Source: Ginglymostoma cirratum | Lineage: Eukaryota | DNA length: 64,000 nucleotides | Assembly: GCA_024137785.1 (NCBI GenBank) | Contig: JAHRHZ010000109.1 | Coordinates: forward strand, 477,659 to 541,658 | Direction of reading: 5' to 3' | Shown here: piece by piece, positions 62,950 through 64,000 of the stretch | Layout of the letters: each line of letters opens with the position of its first letter | How positions within the stretch are numbered: the stretch's first letter is position 1 | Translations under genes and position numbers: made by a program | The notes under the pieces: generated by a model | The model's input: the letters and a program-made list of their open reading frames with translations, nothing else | Database searches by the model: none | Told to the model about the DNA's origin: nothing

Positions 62950-63795
62950 TTTTCAAACTTCCCAGCTGTGCCTCTAACTTTCCATGCCAGCAACTTCATC
63001 TGCTACATCCTTCTCCATCTACATCCATCACTGTCTGTCAAGCCTTCTCCTGTCCCACTCACCCTCCCAATCTTTACAACTTCCCAGTCCCACTCGCCCT
63101 CCCTATCTCTCCAAACTCCCATCTCCACTTGACCTCCATATCTGTCTAACCTCTACCGGCCCCATTGGTTCTCCCTGTCTCTCAAAACTCCTCCAGCCCC
63201 TTTACTCCTACATTTCCAGCCACCCTCCTCCAGCTCATATCCCCCTCCCTATTTCTCTAACCTCCAGCTGATACACCACTTCCCCCATCCTGTGAATGAA
63301 TGGGAATAAAAATTCTGCAGCCTTTTCTAGGATTCACAGGCCTCGCTATCTCTGGAATATCTCTCACCCGACATTCCAGTTTCGGTAACTTCCTCCAGCC
63401 TATAAAACCTATAACCCCTTCCAGGTTTTATTCCTCCCTATCTTTGTAACCTCATTGTTCAGCTACACTGCTCCCAATTCTGTCATCGCCTCCTTCCCCT
63501 GACCCATCCCTCTCTGATTAATCACAACCAGCATCTACTTCACTTCATTAACTCCCTCAGCCCTATTCAACTCTCCCTATTTCTACAATTTTCTCCAGCA
63601 CCTACACTCCTCTAAATCTGGGGAGTCTCCCACAGCTCCGATAACCTCCACGTCTCTGTCACCTTCTCTAGCAGCTACATCCACTCCCTATCCCTGTAAC
63701 ATTCTCCAGCACTTACACTCCTCCATATTTGTGTAGCCTGTTCGAGCGTGTCCGTGCATCCCTTATTCTTGTAACCTCCTCCGACCCTAAAACTT
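62950..63795. repeat. CT-rich degenerate tandem repeat
   Basis: Recurrent tctgtaacctcctccagcccctacactcctcc-like units. Confidence 0.7.
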
Positions 63796-63802
63796 TCTTA
63801 TT

Positions 63803-64000
63803 GAGTGGCATGGTGGTTTATTGGTCTGCACTGCTGCCTCCCAGCGCCCGGGACCTTGGCTCAATTCCAGCCTCTGGCGACAGTCTATGTGGAGTTTGCA
63901 CATTCTCCCTGTGATTGTATGGGTTTCCGCTGGGTGCTCCGGTTTGCAGGTTTTGTTTTGCAGAACAAAATGTAAAGATTTGCAGGTTAGGAGGACCGGC
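63803..64000 (+). mobile_element. tRNA-derived V-SINE (HE1-like, elasmobranch)
   Basis: ggcatggtggtttattgg..gcactgctgcctcccagcgcc..caattccagcc head followed by the V-domain gtggagtttgcacattctccctgtg..tgggtttccgctgggtgctccggttt. Confidence 0.85.

Overview
Repeat-rich vertebrate genomic DNA, most likely from a shark or ray (HE1/V-SINE-type SINE, abundant CR1 LINEs and Penelope-like elements); it is not prokaryotic. Host genes are two tandem, minus-strand, two-exon GPR139/GPR142-like class A GPCR paralogs. One is apparently intact (exon 1 42139-42364 plus exon 2 27295-28277, about 402 aa). The other is a pseudogene (exon 1 17522-17702 plus exon 2 13251-14130). The rest is mostly mobile DNA: a decayed endogenous retrovirus (RNase H, integrase, env) at 1-3100, a near full-length CR1 at about 19201-23719, many CR1/L2-group fragments, GIY-YIG Penelope-like elements, Harbinger transposase and Myb remnants, SINEs, three decayed tRNA genes, a 2.6 kb GA-rich tract and two 400-N gaps. 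The most notable observations are: (1) very short (about 140-240 bp) Penelope-derived elements carrying a minimal hammerhead-ribozyme motif and flanked by candidate target-site duplications, one a back-to-back inverted pair inside the GPCR intron; (2) an unassigned decayed 254-codon reading frame with a PPxY motif, possibly an endogenous viral element; (3) an env without a visible gamma-type signature; (4) a variable-copy 42-bp repeat that builds the GPCR N-terminus; (5) a near-perfect 41-bp hairpin inside a degenerate satellite. All calls were made by eye without database searches, and repeat boundaries are approximate.
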